Source: an uncultured archaeon
GTDB lineage: Archaea; Asgardarchaeota; Lokiarchaeia; Sigyniarchaeales; SOKP01
Reading direction: 5' to 3'
DNA: 64,000 nucleotides
Assembly (NCBI GenBank): GCA_964508365.1
Contig: CAZDTP010000017.1
Location: 1-64,000, forward strand
In this document: positions 10,289-18,926 of the stretch, piece by piece
How the letters are laid out: each line of letters opens with the position of its first letter
Position numbering within the stretch: the first letter of the stretch is position 1
Made by a program: the position numbers and the translations under genes
Notes under the pieces: model-generated
Database searches by the model: none
What the model was told of the DNA's origin: nothing
Seen by the model: the letters and a program-made list of their open reading frames with translations, nothing else

Positions 10289-11497
10289 ATGAAGCTCGAG
10301 CTTAACGATCTAAATAATGGACATGTTTACTTAGGAGATAAGCTAAATGTTAGAACAAGATTTATTTTCGACGAAGATTCGTCAATCTTATGGTCGGGAA
10401 TTCGCCTATTAACCCATCCTCCATGCTTAAAAGAGCTTCAGATAACTAAAGAAGACATTTTTTCAAAAGGAATTTTTGAAAAAGGCGAATACATTCGGGA
10501 AAGAGCATTACTTATAAAGAATAATGTAATCCCTACAATTAAAAATAGAAATTTAGAGTATGAAATTAAACTAATTTTAAGACAGCCTCATCCAAACAAT
10601 CCAGACGACGATTTAGTGATTAATAAAACACATAAGATTGAAGTTAGAGTTAAGGATACTAGCGATCAGATTATAAAAACGAATCCTCTTTCACTTTCAA
10701 TTTCAGGTTTGAATGTTAATATATCAAAAGATGTATTCAAACCGGGAGAAACAATTAAAATCAACTTCTCTTCAAACGAACTAAAACAAGTAGAAATAAG
10801 ATTATTACAAAAAGCGAATCTCGTATGTTATTGCAATGCTTATGGGCAAACCTGTAGTAAAGTAGAAGAGCTACCGCCTTCAATCGCGGGAGATTCTAAG
10901 ACTTCTGATATGAATAAGGCATTTATTTTGCTAAAAATTCCTGAGATCGCTCAACCTAGTCATAACTATCTCTGGGAGCCTCATGAAAAAGAATTTTGGG
11001 GTATGAAATATGGATCTTACGTGAAGTGGTCTTTACATTTTATTGGAAAACCCAAGTCAGAATACGGAAAAGAGATTATTAGGTTTAAGGTTCCAATTAC
11101 GATTGTTGCAAAATCTGTGGGTGGAAATAAGGTTGGTGTCGATCTATTCTCTAAGGGGGTAACTGCTGCACCTTCGATTTTCGATGGGATTTCGTCTAAA
11201 TTCCAGAAAGTATTCAAAATTACATCCATTGACTCTGATATGGAAAAATATAGTATTTTGATTAAAAATATATCAAAAGATAGCTTAAAAGGCGTATCAG
11301 TAAAAACTTCTGGACTTCAGGAGGGACTATTTGAAACCGAACCAACTCTAACAGGCTTTAGTAGTTGGGAATCTAACGAGGAAAAGGAAATTATCTATAA
11401 TAGCAAGCAGAATATCTCTGCTTTAATCTTTGTTTTGGAGGATAATAATCAAAGAGTTATAAGAATACAAACTCCACTAGCCTCTAACTTTTTTTAA
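10289..11497 (+). CDS. Putative arrestin/Vps26/SpoOM-fold protein with an extra C-terminal beta domain
   Basis: Two beta-sandwich-like halves with arrestin-type patterns: VYLGDKLNV..IPTIKNRNLEYEIKLIL (N domain) and ISKDVFKPGETIKINF..VEIRLLQ..LKIPEIAQPS..VKWSL..FKVPITIV (C domain). Confidence 0.55.
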   Translation: MKLELNDLNNGHVYLGDKLNVRTRFIFDEDSSILWSGIRLLTHPPCLKELQITKEDIFSKGIFEKGEYIRERALLIKNNVIPTIKNRNLEYEIKLILRQPHPNNPDDDLVINKTHKIEVRVKDTSDQIIKTNPLSLSISGLNVNISKDVFKPGETIKINFSSNELKQVEIRLLQKANLVCYCNAYGQTCSKVEELPPSIAGDSKTSDMNKAFILLKIPEIAQPSHNYLWEPHEKEFWGMKYGSYVKWSLHFIGKPKSEYGKEIIRFKVPITIVAKSVGGNKVGVDLFSKGVTAAPSIFDGISSKFQKVFKITSIDSDMEKYSILIKNISKDSLKGVSVKTSGLQEGLFETEPTLTGFSSWESNEEKEIIYNSKQNISALIFVLEDNNQRVIRIQTPLASNFF

Positions 11498-11514
11498 GTT
11501 AAATTAGGTTTTGG

Positions 11515-12108
11515 TCACTGAAGCGCAGATAGTATCTGCCCCTTATATAGATTTTTAAATACTAAGCTCAAAATTTCCTCAAAGCTGTCTAAGATTCCTT
11601 CTCCGTTAAGCGCAATCGTCTTTCTAAAATCAATATTTTTAAATTTAAAGTAATTAATGTTTTCCAAAAAGACCGCTGGACTAAATTTATCAGGCAGATC
11701 TTGCTTGTTAAATGCTATAACCTTAGGTAGAGTAATAATTACATCTTCAAAATAATTGCATAATTCATTCCAAGAAGTTAAATTTCGGTAATACACTTCT
11801 TGTTGTGAATCCGCTACGAATATAATCCCATCGATGGCTTGCAAAGTTACTGGTCTTGTTATTATATAGAAATCTTGTCCAGTCGTGGAATAAATGTGAA
11901 TTTTCAAATTCCACTGTTGATTTTGAAAACTAATCGTTCCATAATCGAAGAATAGTGTCCTCCGTATGCTACTGTCTATGCTCAAAACTCGATCTTTCTT
12001 CCCAAAATGATTAAATAATGCTTTAATTGATGAAGTTTTTCCCGAAAGTGCTGGCCCGAAATAGCATACTTTTAACTGAATACTTTGCGTGAGCTGATCT
12101 ATTATCAT
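11515..12108 (-). CDS. Small Ras-superfamily GTPase, MglA-like
   Basis: G1 YFGPALSGKT, G2 RTLFFD, G3 STTGQ (MglA-type TxxGQ), IDGIIFVADS, G4 NKQD, G5 IALNGEG. Confidence 0.85.
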   Translation of the reverse strand: MIIDQLTQSIQLKVCYFGPALSGKTSSIKALFNHFGKKDRVLSIDSSIRRTLFFDYGTISFQNQQWNLKIHIYSTTGQDFYIITRPVTLQAIDGIIFVADSQQEVYYRNLTSWNELCNYFEDVIITLPKVIAFNKQDLPDKFSPAVFLENINYFKFKNIDFRKTIALNGEGILDSFEEILSLVFKNLYKGQILSALQ

Positions 12109-12379
12109 TTTAAATGCTCGTAATTCTTTTTATGTAATTGTTAAAATATGTTTAAAAAAGCCTTGCTTTTTTCCTACAAGAATAAGGAAGTAGATTACTC
12201 TCAATTAGAATTACACAATTATTTGATAAAATTATAATAAGAAGAATTAACAGCTATTAGTTTGTTGAATAGAATAAATGTTTCTAAACGCTATTAAATG
12301 GAGTTTGATACGACTCAAAAAACTTAAGTCTCTTATGGTTTAATCTTCCTTCTTTTCCTTCTTTCTTATCTTTCCATCT

Positions 12380-12469
12380 TTAAATACGAGCTTCGTGTCC
12401 ACGTTTAAGGAATTCTAGCGTAGCATAATATCCTAAAAAGGATGTTCCTCCAACAATAAATACTTTCAT
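12380..12469 (-). pseudogene. N-terminal remnant of an NAD-dependent epimerase/dehydratase (29 aa)
   Basis: Manual translation MKVFIVGGTSFLGYYATLEFLKRGHEARI* is a Rossmann beta1-alpha1 start that stops abruptly; not in the ORF track. Confidence 0.65.
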
Positions 12470-12487
12470 TTTAACTTAAAAACCTCT

Positions 12488-14050
12488 TTAATCTACAATA
12501 TCCTTATAACAATCTTCTGGATAGAAATTGTTTTCATCTTTATCATGATTTGGGTACCAAACCTGTGCAAAGAAAGAATTTTTCTCGGCCTGTTCATCAT
12601 AAGTCCATGGTGGGGGCAAACAATCAGCACACCAATGTCCCGCTTTCAGAACAGTATAAGGTTTTAATTCAAACTCATGGCCATCCGCACATTTCCATTT
12701 AATTTTCTTATACATATCCCCATCCCATTCTGTTGAGAGACAATGACCTCCCCTGAATTTTGCTGCTCCTTTAAGATCTTCTAAATCAAGCCGTTGCTTT
12801 GACTCATCATATCCATGATTTAATGGGTGCCATTCAGGCTCAGGATCACTAAACAGTGGCATTTCTACACCCCAATCGGGAATAGAATCGAAAGTCTCAT
12901 AATCTTTATAAAACGCAGAGATGCGCATATCCATTTTATTCTTATACCAATATAGCGTTCCTGTTTTATCCATCGCTTCTGCCTCTAATCTCTTGCGTGT
13001 CTCTTTTTGAATAAATCTCTGAAATCGCTTAGACCATTGGCATAACTTTGCTACGATTTTTAAGAAAAAAGGTCGACTTTTCCTCATGATTTCAAAGTAA
13101 TCTTCCATTGTATCTCTCCAGTTATGGATATACTCATTAAGTTCATGACTATCATCAAAATATTGCATATGGAAATTCCTAAGAGCAAACCATTTACGTT
13201 CAGTAACATCATCAATCTTTCCAACGCCATTCATTTTCATAGCCTCATTCACGAATTCATAGAACGTAACTCTGCAAGAGGGCCCTCCACCCATATTATA
13301 GCATCTACGCCAGAAAGTGGAGTCCTCTGCAACCTCTAAACAATTTATTAGTCCCCTACCAGCATCTCTTGAAGTATTATTTTCCATAAAAGAATTAATA
13401 GGTTGATGGAACATAATAGGATCCATAAGAGTCATCACATCTGGAATCATGATAAAGGTTTGCCGTAAGGATGCCCAATATTTTAAGTTTGACTCACAGA
13501 GAGCCATTTCCCCTCGAATCTTAGTTGTTGCATAGAAGTCGAACACACTGGGCTTCATAGGATCACCTATTCTACCATGGTGAATTGGGGGCAAACGATC
13601 ACCTGTAGCAGCTACAGTTCCCGTATACACAAATTTTATATGGTCCGCTCCACCTGGCTGTGATTCAATGGCTTTAATGATATATTCAATAGCAGTTGTA
13701 TTTACTGACTTGGCCATTTCAGGATTGCGGTCTGCTGCTGGAGAAATAAATGCCATAGGACATAGAACCCAGTCAACTCCTTTACATGCCTCAGCAATAT
13801 CATCATAATTAGTAGCATCACCCCATATTATTTTCAATCCTTTACCCTCAACAATACCTCTACCAGGTATGGACTTGATACCGCATTTATTTTCATAAGG
13901 CTTAAATAATTTTTTATTCTTTTTGGAAGGTCTCTGTAAGAGAATGATATCATACTTATCTCTTCTTTTCCATAATTCCTTAAAAGACTCATGTCCCATT
14001 GATCCACTCGCGCCTGGTAAAAATATTATTTCCTTCTCCATATTTAACAA
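12488..14050 (-). CDS. Extended SDR / NAD-dependent epimerase-dehydratase with a C-terminal Cys-rich (zinc-ribbon-like) domain
   Basis: PGASGSMG, YATTK (YxxxK); C-terminal CLS..WKCADGHEF..HWCADC; likely ATG at 14041. Confidence 0.75.
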   Translation of the reverse strand: MLNMEKEIIFLPGASGSMGHESFKELWKRRDKYDIILLQRPSKKNKKLFKPYENKCGIKSIPGRGIVEGKGLKIIWGDATNYDDIAEACKGVDWVLCPMAFISPAADRNPEMAKSVNTTAIEYIIKAIESQPGGADHIKFVYTGTVAATGDRLPPIHHGRIGDPMKPSVFDFYATTKIRGEMALCESNLKYWASLRQTFIMIPDVMTLMDPIMFHQPINSFMENNTSRDAGRGLINCLEVAEDSTFWRRCYNMGGGPSCRVTFYEFVNEAMKMNGVGKIDDVTERKWFALRNFHMQYFDDSHELNEYIHNWRDTMEDYFEIMRKSRPFFLKIVAKLCQWSKRFQRFIQKETRKRLEAEAMDKTGTLYWYKNKMDMRISAFYKDYETFDSIPDWGVEMPLFSDPEPEWHPLNHGYDESKQRLDLEDLKGAAKFRGGHCLSTEWDGDMYKKIKWKCADGHEFELKPYTVLKAGHWCADCLPPPWTYDEQAEKNSFFAQVWYPNHDKDENNFYPEDCYKDIVD

Positions 14051-14289
14051 TCTCAGGTTTGTTTATTATAATACTAATATAGAAATTATTAATCCTATAA
14101 ATAACAAAATAAAAAATCTTATTTAAATGCGAGTATCTGGTGTTGGAAGTTGCCCGATCTTGTATAACAAGCAAAATATCTGACTTACCGGTATTAAACA
14201 AACTAAGCACAGAGATTATTACGCAATTTTACTAATCTGTCGAATAGAACTAAAGTTTCTAAATGCGATAAAATGGAGGTTAATACGAC

Positions 14290-14667
14290 TTAAAAAACTA
14301 AGTTGTTACCTTCTATCTTACACTCTAACAGAGACCTGAGAATAAGGATTTCAACTTCTCTTTTTAAAATTAGCTCATCTAACTCAACATTTTCTTGCTT
14401 ATTTAATATTTCTTTTAAATCAATAAAGGATATCGACTTTTGTTTTCGAGAAATTTTCTTAATAACGCTCAAAACTCTTTGTTGATTGTAAAGCGACTGT
14501 GAATTTGAAATTAATTGATATAATTTATGAGTAAGATTATAATCAAAATTTCCCACTTTTTCAGCTTCTCTCAATTTATCTAATATAATAAGAGCCTCTA
14601 GATACCTTTCATTTCTCATTAATTCTTGAACTTCGTTTAAATCTCTTACAAAATCATTAACTTCCAT
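14290..14667 (-). CDS. Small helical protein with a C-terminal PCI/winged-helix-like domain
   Basis: SISFIDLKEIL...EVEILILRSLLECKIEGNNLVF resembles the PCI pattern I-x-h-x-x-L-x-x-x-L...V-x-x-LI-x-x-G-x-I-x-x-KID; helical hairpin at the N-terminus. Confidence 0.5.
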   Translation of the reverse strand: MEVNDFVRDLNEVQELMRNERYLEALIILDKLREAEKVGNFDYNLTHKLYQLISNSQSLYNQQRVLSVIKKISRKQKSISFIDLKEILNKQENVELDELILKREVEILILRSLLECKIEGNNLVF

Positions 14668-14908
14668 TTTAATATATACCTTTCGAATTACTTTTTCCTT
14701 GAGATCTTCTAAAGATCTTCAAAATAAGAGTTTTTAGGTTAATTTTAATAAATCGAGAACCCATCATTTTTTTTATAGATTTTTAAATTAAAAACATTGT
14801 TTAGAATTAACCAAAATGAATTAATATTCATATTTTAAAGAGCTTGGCTTTAAATAGAGTAAACAATTTAAATATATTAAGATTATAAAAATACTTTAAA
14901 GAATTAAA

Positions 14909-15139
14909 ATGGTTAATAAAGAAAAAGTAAAAGAAGTTTTAGAAAAAATAAGACCCCAACTCCAAATGGACGGTGGCGATGTTGAATTAGTGGACATTAC
15001 TGATGATGGTATCGTTAAAGTGAGGTTACAGGGGCACTGTGCGGGATGTGCGCACGCACAACAAACACTACAACTTGGGATCGAGCGAGCTATCAAGCAA
15101 TTTGTACCTGAAGTTATTCGGGTAGAAAATGTCGCATAA
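14909..15139 (+). CDS. nfu: NifU-C / Nfu-type Fe-S cluster carrier
   Basis: IRPQLQMDGGDVELV, VRLQGHCAGC (CxxC), TLQLGIE. Confidence 0.9.
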   Translation: MVNKEKVKEVLEKIRPQLQMDGGDVELVDITDDGIVKVRLQGHCAGCAHAQQTLQLGIERAIKQFVPEVIRVENVA

Positions 15140-15228
15140 AGTAACAACGCTAAATTATTAGGAGAATCCAAACGGTCAAGTTTTTTTGATTATTTTTTTT
15201 TAATTTTATGTTCTTTTAATAGTAGGAT

Positions 15229-16065
15229 TTATGGAAGTCCTGCTCCCGGAATATCGACTTCAACGAATTCAATTCTACCAGCGTCTCTTGTATGCTTTGA
15301 TGTTGCCACAAAAAGAGTTTTGCGATCTGGTCCACCTAACATGCAAGCATAGGCGTCGTTTTCTACTCTTACTATGTGCGTAATTAATCCTCCCTCTAGA
15401 ACACGAACAACTCTTCCTCGTCCTGGTGCAGCTACCCATATACCTCCGTCTTGATCTAAACAGATACCATCTGGAGCTAAAGATTTGAGGTTAGCCCAAA
15501 CTCGACGCTTTGTAAGCGAACCATCTTCCTTAATGTCAAATGCCGTTAATCGAGCAGCAAATGTTTCAGCTATTACTAGGGTCTGATCATCTGGAGTAAT
15601 AACAATTCCATTTGGAAAAGCCATATTATCTGCTACGACTCTCGCTTCTCCATTGGGATTTACGAGTATGAGTTTTGTTGGGGCAAATGGTTCTCCATTA
15701 AGATAATCGAACCCAAAATTTCCGATATATGCTCGACCTTTTTTATCTACTACCATATCGTTACATAAAACTGTTCCGAACCTGTTTAAATCTGCAACTA
15801 CATTAACTCCGTCAGGATCGAGGCGCAGTAAGCAATTATCTCCCATCGAAACTACCAATAATCTGTTATCAGGAAGCCAACCTAATCCAGAAACTTGGTT
15901 AGGTCTCTCTAGTATTACTTTATTATTCCCATTTAACTCAACCGTCATTACTTTGTAGGATTCCATGTCAACAAACCAGAGTTTATTGTCGTGCCACCTT
16001 GGGCTTTCGGGAAATTTCAGTCCTTCAAGTAATATTTCTGTTTTGAGAGTTATTTTTTTACTCAT
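15229..16065 (-). CDS. SMP-30/gluconolactonase/LRE family protein
   Basis: FPESPRW, CNDMVVD..GRAY, FPNGIVITPD, PDGICLD..GGIW. Confidence 0.9.
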   Translation of the reverse strand: MSKKITLKTEILLEGLKFPESPRWHDNKLWFVDMESYKVMTVELNGNNKVILERPNQVSGLGWLPDNRLLVVSMGDNCLLRLDPDGVNVVADLNRFGTVLCNDMVVDKKGRAYIGNFGFDYLNGEPFAPTKLILVNPNGEARVVADNMAFPNGIVITPDDQTLVIAETFAARLTAFDIKEDGSLTKRRVWANLKSLAPDGICLDQDGGIWVAAPGRGRVVRVLEGGLITHIVRVENDAYACMLGGPDRKTLFVATSKHTRDAGRIEFVEVDIPGAGLP

Positions 16066-16207
16066 AATTTGTATATTGAGAAATGGTTATTAAAATCTCT
16101 TTTTGAGAATAAAATTAGTTTTTTTTTAAAGGAACTAATTTCAAAAAGTTAATTATCTTTTCTTCATTATTGCCTAATTAATAAACGCATTAGGTATTAA
16201 AAATAAT

Positions 16208-17482
16208 ATGAACGAAAAAGAACAAGAAAAAAGCGAACCAACTGGAGAAGTAGAACACACTGAAAGGAGATCAAGACGTACGAGAGCCGCTCGAAGACCA
16301 CAAGGTCAAGCGTTACAAGAAGCCTTAAATATCAGTCCGGAGGAACTTAGGGACATAGAAGCGAAATTATCAATTATTAAATTTTTGGACTATTTTTCCG
16401 AGGAACCTCTAGATTTTGCCTTTAAAGAGCGTACAATCGACCAATACGTACAAAAAATAACTGAAAAAATCGATAAATTTGAGTTCGGTGGAGAAGAAGA
16501 TAAACTCTTAAAGAAAGGCTTTGAGGATAAAAAAGTCCTTGAAGTAGTTAATAAAATAAAAGATAAAACTGAAGAACTAGCAATCAGTAAGGGAATAAAT
16601 AAATCAGTTGAAAAAAGATTACGTAGACTTAATTTACTTATTACTGGACCATTATTAGCAGTAGCAGTTATGTTTTTCATACTACCATATTTTGGAATTG
16701 ATATTGGCACTTATATATTGCTACCTATAATATGCGTATTTTGTATGGTTCCCCAACTCGTTAGAAATACCGTAGTTAAAAAATGGTTTCAATTTAAGGA
16801 AGAAACGAGAAATGAACTTTATACTAAAAACCGAGATGATATTTTAGTTCTGAAAAGTTATATCGCTGAAGTTTTGGCTAACATTAGATATAATCTGTTA
16901 GAGTTAAAAGTACCGTTAGAGCTGATAAAGTTCTCTTTATTTAATCGAGATTATGAGGATTTAAATGTGATAAACCAGAAGCAATTAAGAGGTCTGACAG
17001 AATATTACGTTTCATTTGCGTATCCGGAAGGTATAGAACCTTTTCCAATTCCCGAGAATCTTCAACAGCAGTATAACCAACCCATTTTTCCAGAAAGGAA
17101 GAAACGCGACAAGGCAGAGAAAAATTTTATCGTCTTAACTGAAATGAAGGGCAAAAATGGTGTAATTTCGAACTTCATTCCTGGTTTGAAAGATAACCTC
17201 GCTGATAAAATTAATCAAATGTTAAGCGATTCGGAATTTTCGGATACCGACTTAGGATTTAGCGAGATTATTCCAAATTATTTAACCGACGCTGTAATTT
17301 ATTGTTTATGCGGTGAAGTTGCTGAAATTAGTACCGTAAATGTTTGCCGTTGGAAGGATAAGTTCAACTTCTACTTATTTGAGGGAGTTCAATGTCAATG
17401 TGGAGATAAAATCTACGCACTCTCTTTGATGGATGAAGAAGATGAAGTTCCTGAAGAATTGCAGGAGATTTTTTTAAGTTAA
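16208..17482 (+). CDS. Hypothetical membrane protein (2 TM helices, Cys-rich C-terminal domain)
   Basis: Long ORF with typical codon usage; helical hairpin at about aa 142-185; C-terminal CLCG...C...CQCG; no family recognised. Confidence 0.7.
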   Translation: MNEKEQEKSEPTGEVEHTERRSRRTRAARRPQGQALQEALNISPEELRDIEAKLSIIKFLDYFSEEPLDFAFKERTIDQYVQKITEKIDKFEFGGEEDKLLKKGFEDKKVLEVVNKIKDKTEELAISKGINKSVEKRLRRLNLLITGPLLAVAVMFFILPYFGIDIGTYILLPIICVFCMVPQLVRNTVVKKWFQFKEETRNELYTKNRDDILVLKSYIAEVLANIRYNLLELKVPLELIKFSLFNRDYEDLNVINQKQLRGLTEYYVSFAYPEGIEPFPIPENLQQQYNQPIFPERKKRDKAEKNFIVLTEMKGKNGVISNFIPGLKDNLADKINQMLSDSEFSDTDLGFSEIIPNYLTDAVIYCLCGEVAEISTVNVCRWKDKFNFYLFEGVQCQCGDKIYALSLMDEEDEVPEELQEIFLS

Positions 17483-18837
17483 CTTATATTTCTTTTTTTA
17501 ATTTTTGAGTAGTAATCATAGAGGAGTTTGTAACCTCGAACGGCTCTCTCAATTTCGTTTTCAAATACTGGAATTTTGAGTTCAGTTGCAGAATTAATAA
17601 CTCTTTTTGCACCTTCTCTTTCTGCTTGAATCAGGATGGTTATTACTGGTTTATTAGGGTAAGTTTTGAGAAGTGAAGCGTAAATGTTAAAATCAAACTC
17701 GATTTCAGTAAAAAACTCTAAGGCTAAAATTAAACCATCTACAGCTTTATCACTCAAGAGCGCTTCTGAAGCGGTGTTATAAATCCCACAAATTTTAATT
17801 CCAACAAATTTTTCAGGGGGCCAATAATCTACAGGGTTACCGAAATTACATGTCGACCCTCCAACTTTATCAAAAATAATATTCCGAGAATTTTCACTAG
17901 GTTTTGCTAGAGCTAAATCTTGATTTCTCATTTCTTTTATAATTAAATGAATTGCTCCTGAACTCGGCCCAATTATTCCGAGATTAACGCCTTTAGGCTC
18001 GGGACACCACAAAAATATTTTTGCAATTTCAAAAAGTTCGATGTAGTTTAAAACTAGTATTCCACCAGCGTCCTTTAATTTTTCTTCTTGGTTTTCTTCT
18101 TTCCCCACATAATAAAAGAGGATAGGTTTAGTTGGGCTGACCTTCTTGACCGCCTCAATTAATTCGTCAGAAATTTCTCTTAGAAAAAGAGATATTACTT
18201 TAGTAGTACTATCGTGTAAAAAATATTCAAGTACATCAGCTTCATTAATATGAAATCCTTTTCCCAAATGTATAACCTTTGAAATCGGTAATCTTTGTGA
18301 AGGTGTCCACCATCCCATTGCGCCTGCTAAACCTCCAGATTGAGCAATAAAACTCATTCCCTCCTTTATGTTTTTGTTTCCTCGCATAATATGTTGTCGT
18401 ACGGGGATAATTGACGATGTAAAGTTATTGCTAAAATTGATTATTCCTAACATAGACGGTCCTAAATATGTGATATTATATTTTATACACATTTGATGTA
18501 GTTTGAAAGTTAAATCGTTTATTTTCGCACCTGGTTTTAATTCAGTTTGAATTGCAACATATTTAACGCCGATTTTTCCTAGGTTTTCAACCACTTTAAG
18601 AATATCCTTTCCTAGGACTATTACAGCCAGCTCTGGAATTTCTGGTAATTCCTCAAAAGAATGATACGATTTAACTCCTAAAATATCATTAGCATTAGGG
18701 TTTAGGATATAAAGTTTTCCTTTGTAGAAGATTTCTAAGAGATTTTTTAGCACTGTAAAACTGAACGAGAGTGCTTGCCTTGAAACTCCAATTATTAACA
18801 CACTTTTTGGATTGAAGAACGGTTGTAAATCTTTCAA
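17479..18837 (-). CDS. Acetate--CoA ligase (ADP-forming) alpha-subunit-like CoA-binding protein, degenerate
   Basis: FFNPKSVLIIGVS, LGPSMLGIIN, AQSGG, NPVDY; the SHTG phosphohistidine loop is absent. Confidence 0.75.
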   Translation of the reverse strand: MKDLQPFFNPKSVLIIGVSRQALSFSFTVLKNLLEIFYKGKLYILNPNANDILGVKSYHSFEELPEIPELAVIVLGKDILKVVENLGKIGVKYVAIQTELKPGAKINDLTFKLHQMCIKYNITYLGPSMLGIINFSNNFTSSIIPVRQHIMRGNKNIKEGMSFIAQSGGLAGAMGWWTPSQRLPISKVIHLGKGFHINEADVLEYFLHDSTTKVISLFLREISDELIEAVKKVSPTKPILFYYVGKEENQEEKLKDAGGILVLNYIELFEIAKIFLWCPEPKGVNLGIIGPSSGAIHLIIKEMRNQDLALAKPSENSRNIIFDKVGGSTCNFGNPVDYWPPEKFVGIKICGIYNTASEALLSDKAVDGLILALEFFTEIEFDFNIYASLLKTYPNKPVITILIQAEREGAKRVINSATELKIPVFENEIERAVRGYKLLYDYYSKIKKRNIS

Positions 18838-18926
18838 GGTTTATCCAACTTGATAGAATATTTCTAATTATAAATAGGAGAGATTAGATAGTTAAAAATT
18901 TGATGTTTATTTTTTAAATTTTAGCT

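Noticed and set aside
14834-14854. TTTAAAG-N7-CTTTAAA palindrome upstream of nfu
   Set aside because: Can be explained as back-to-back TATA boxes of a divergent promoter; no supporting second site
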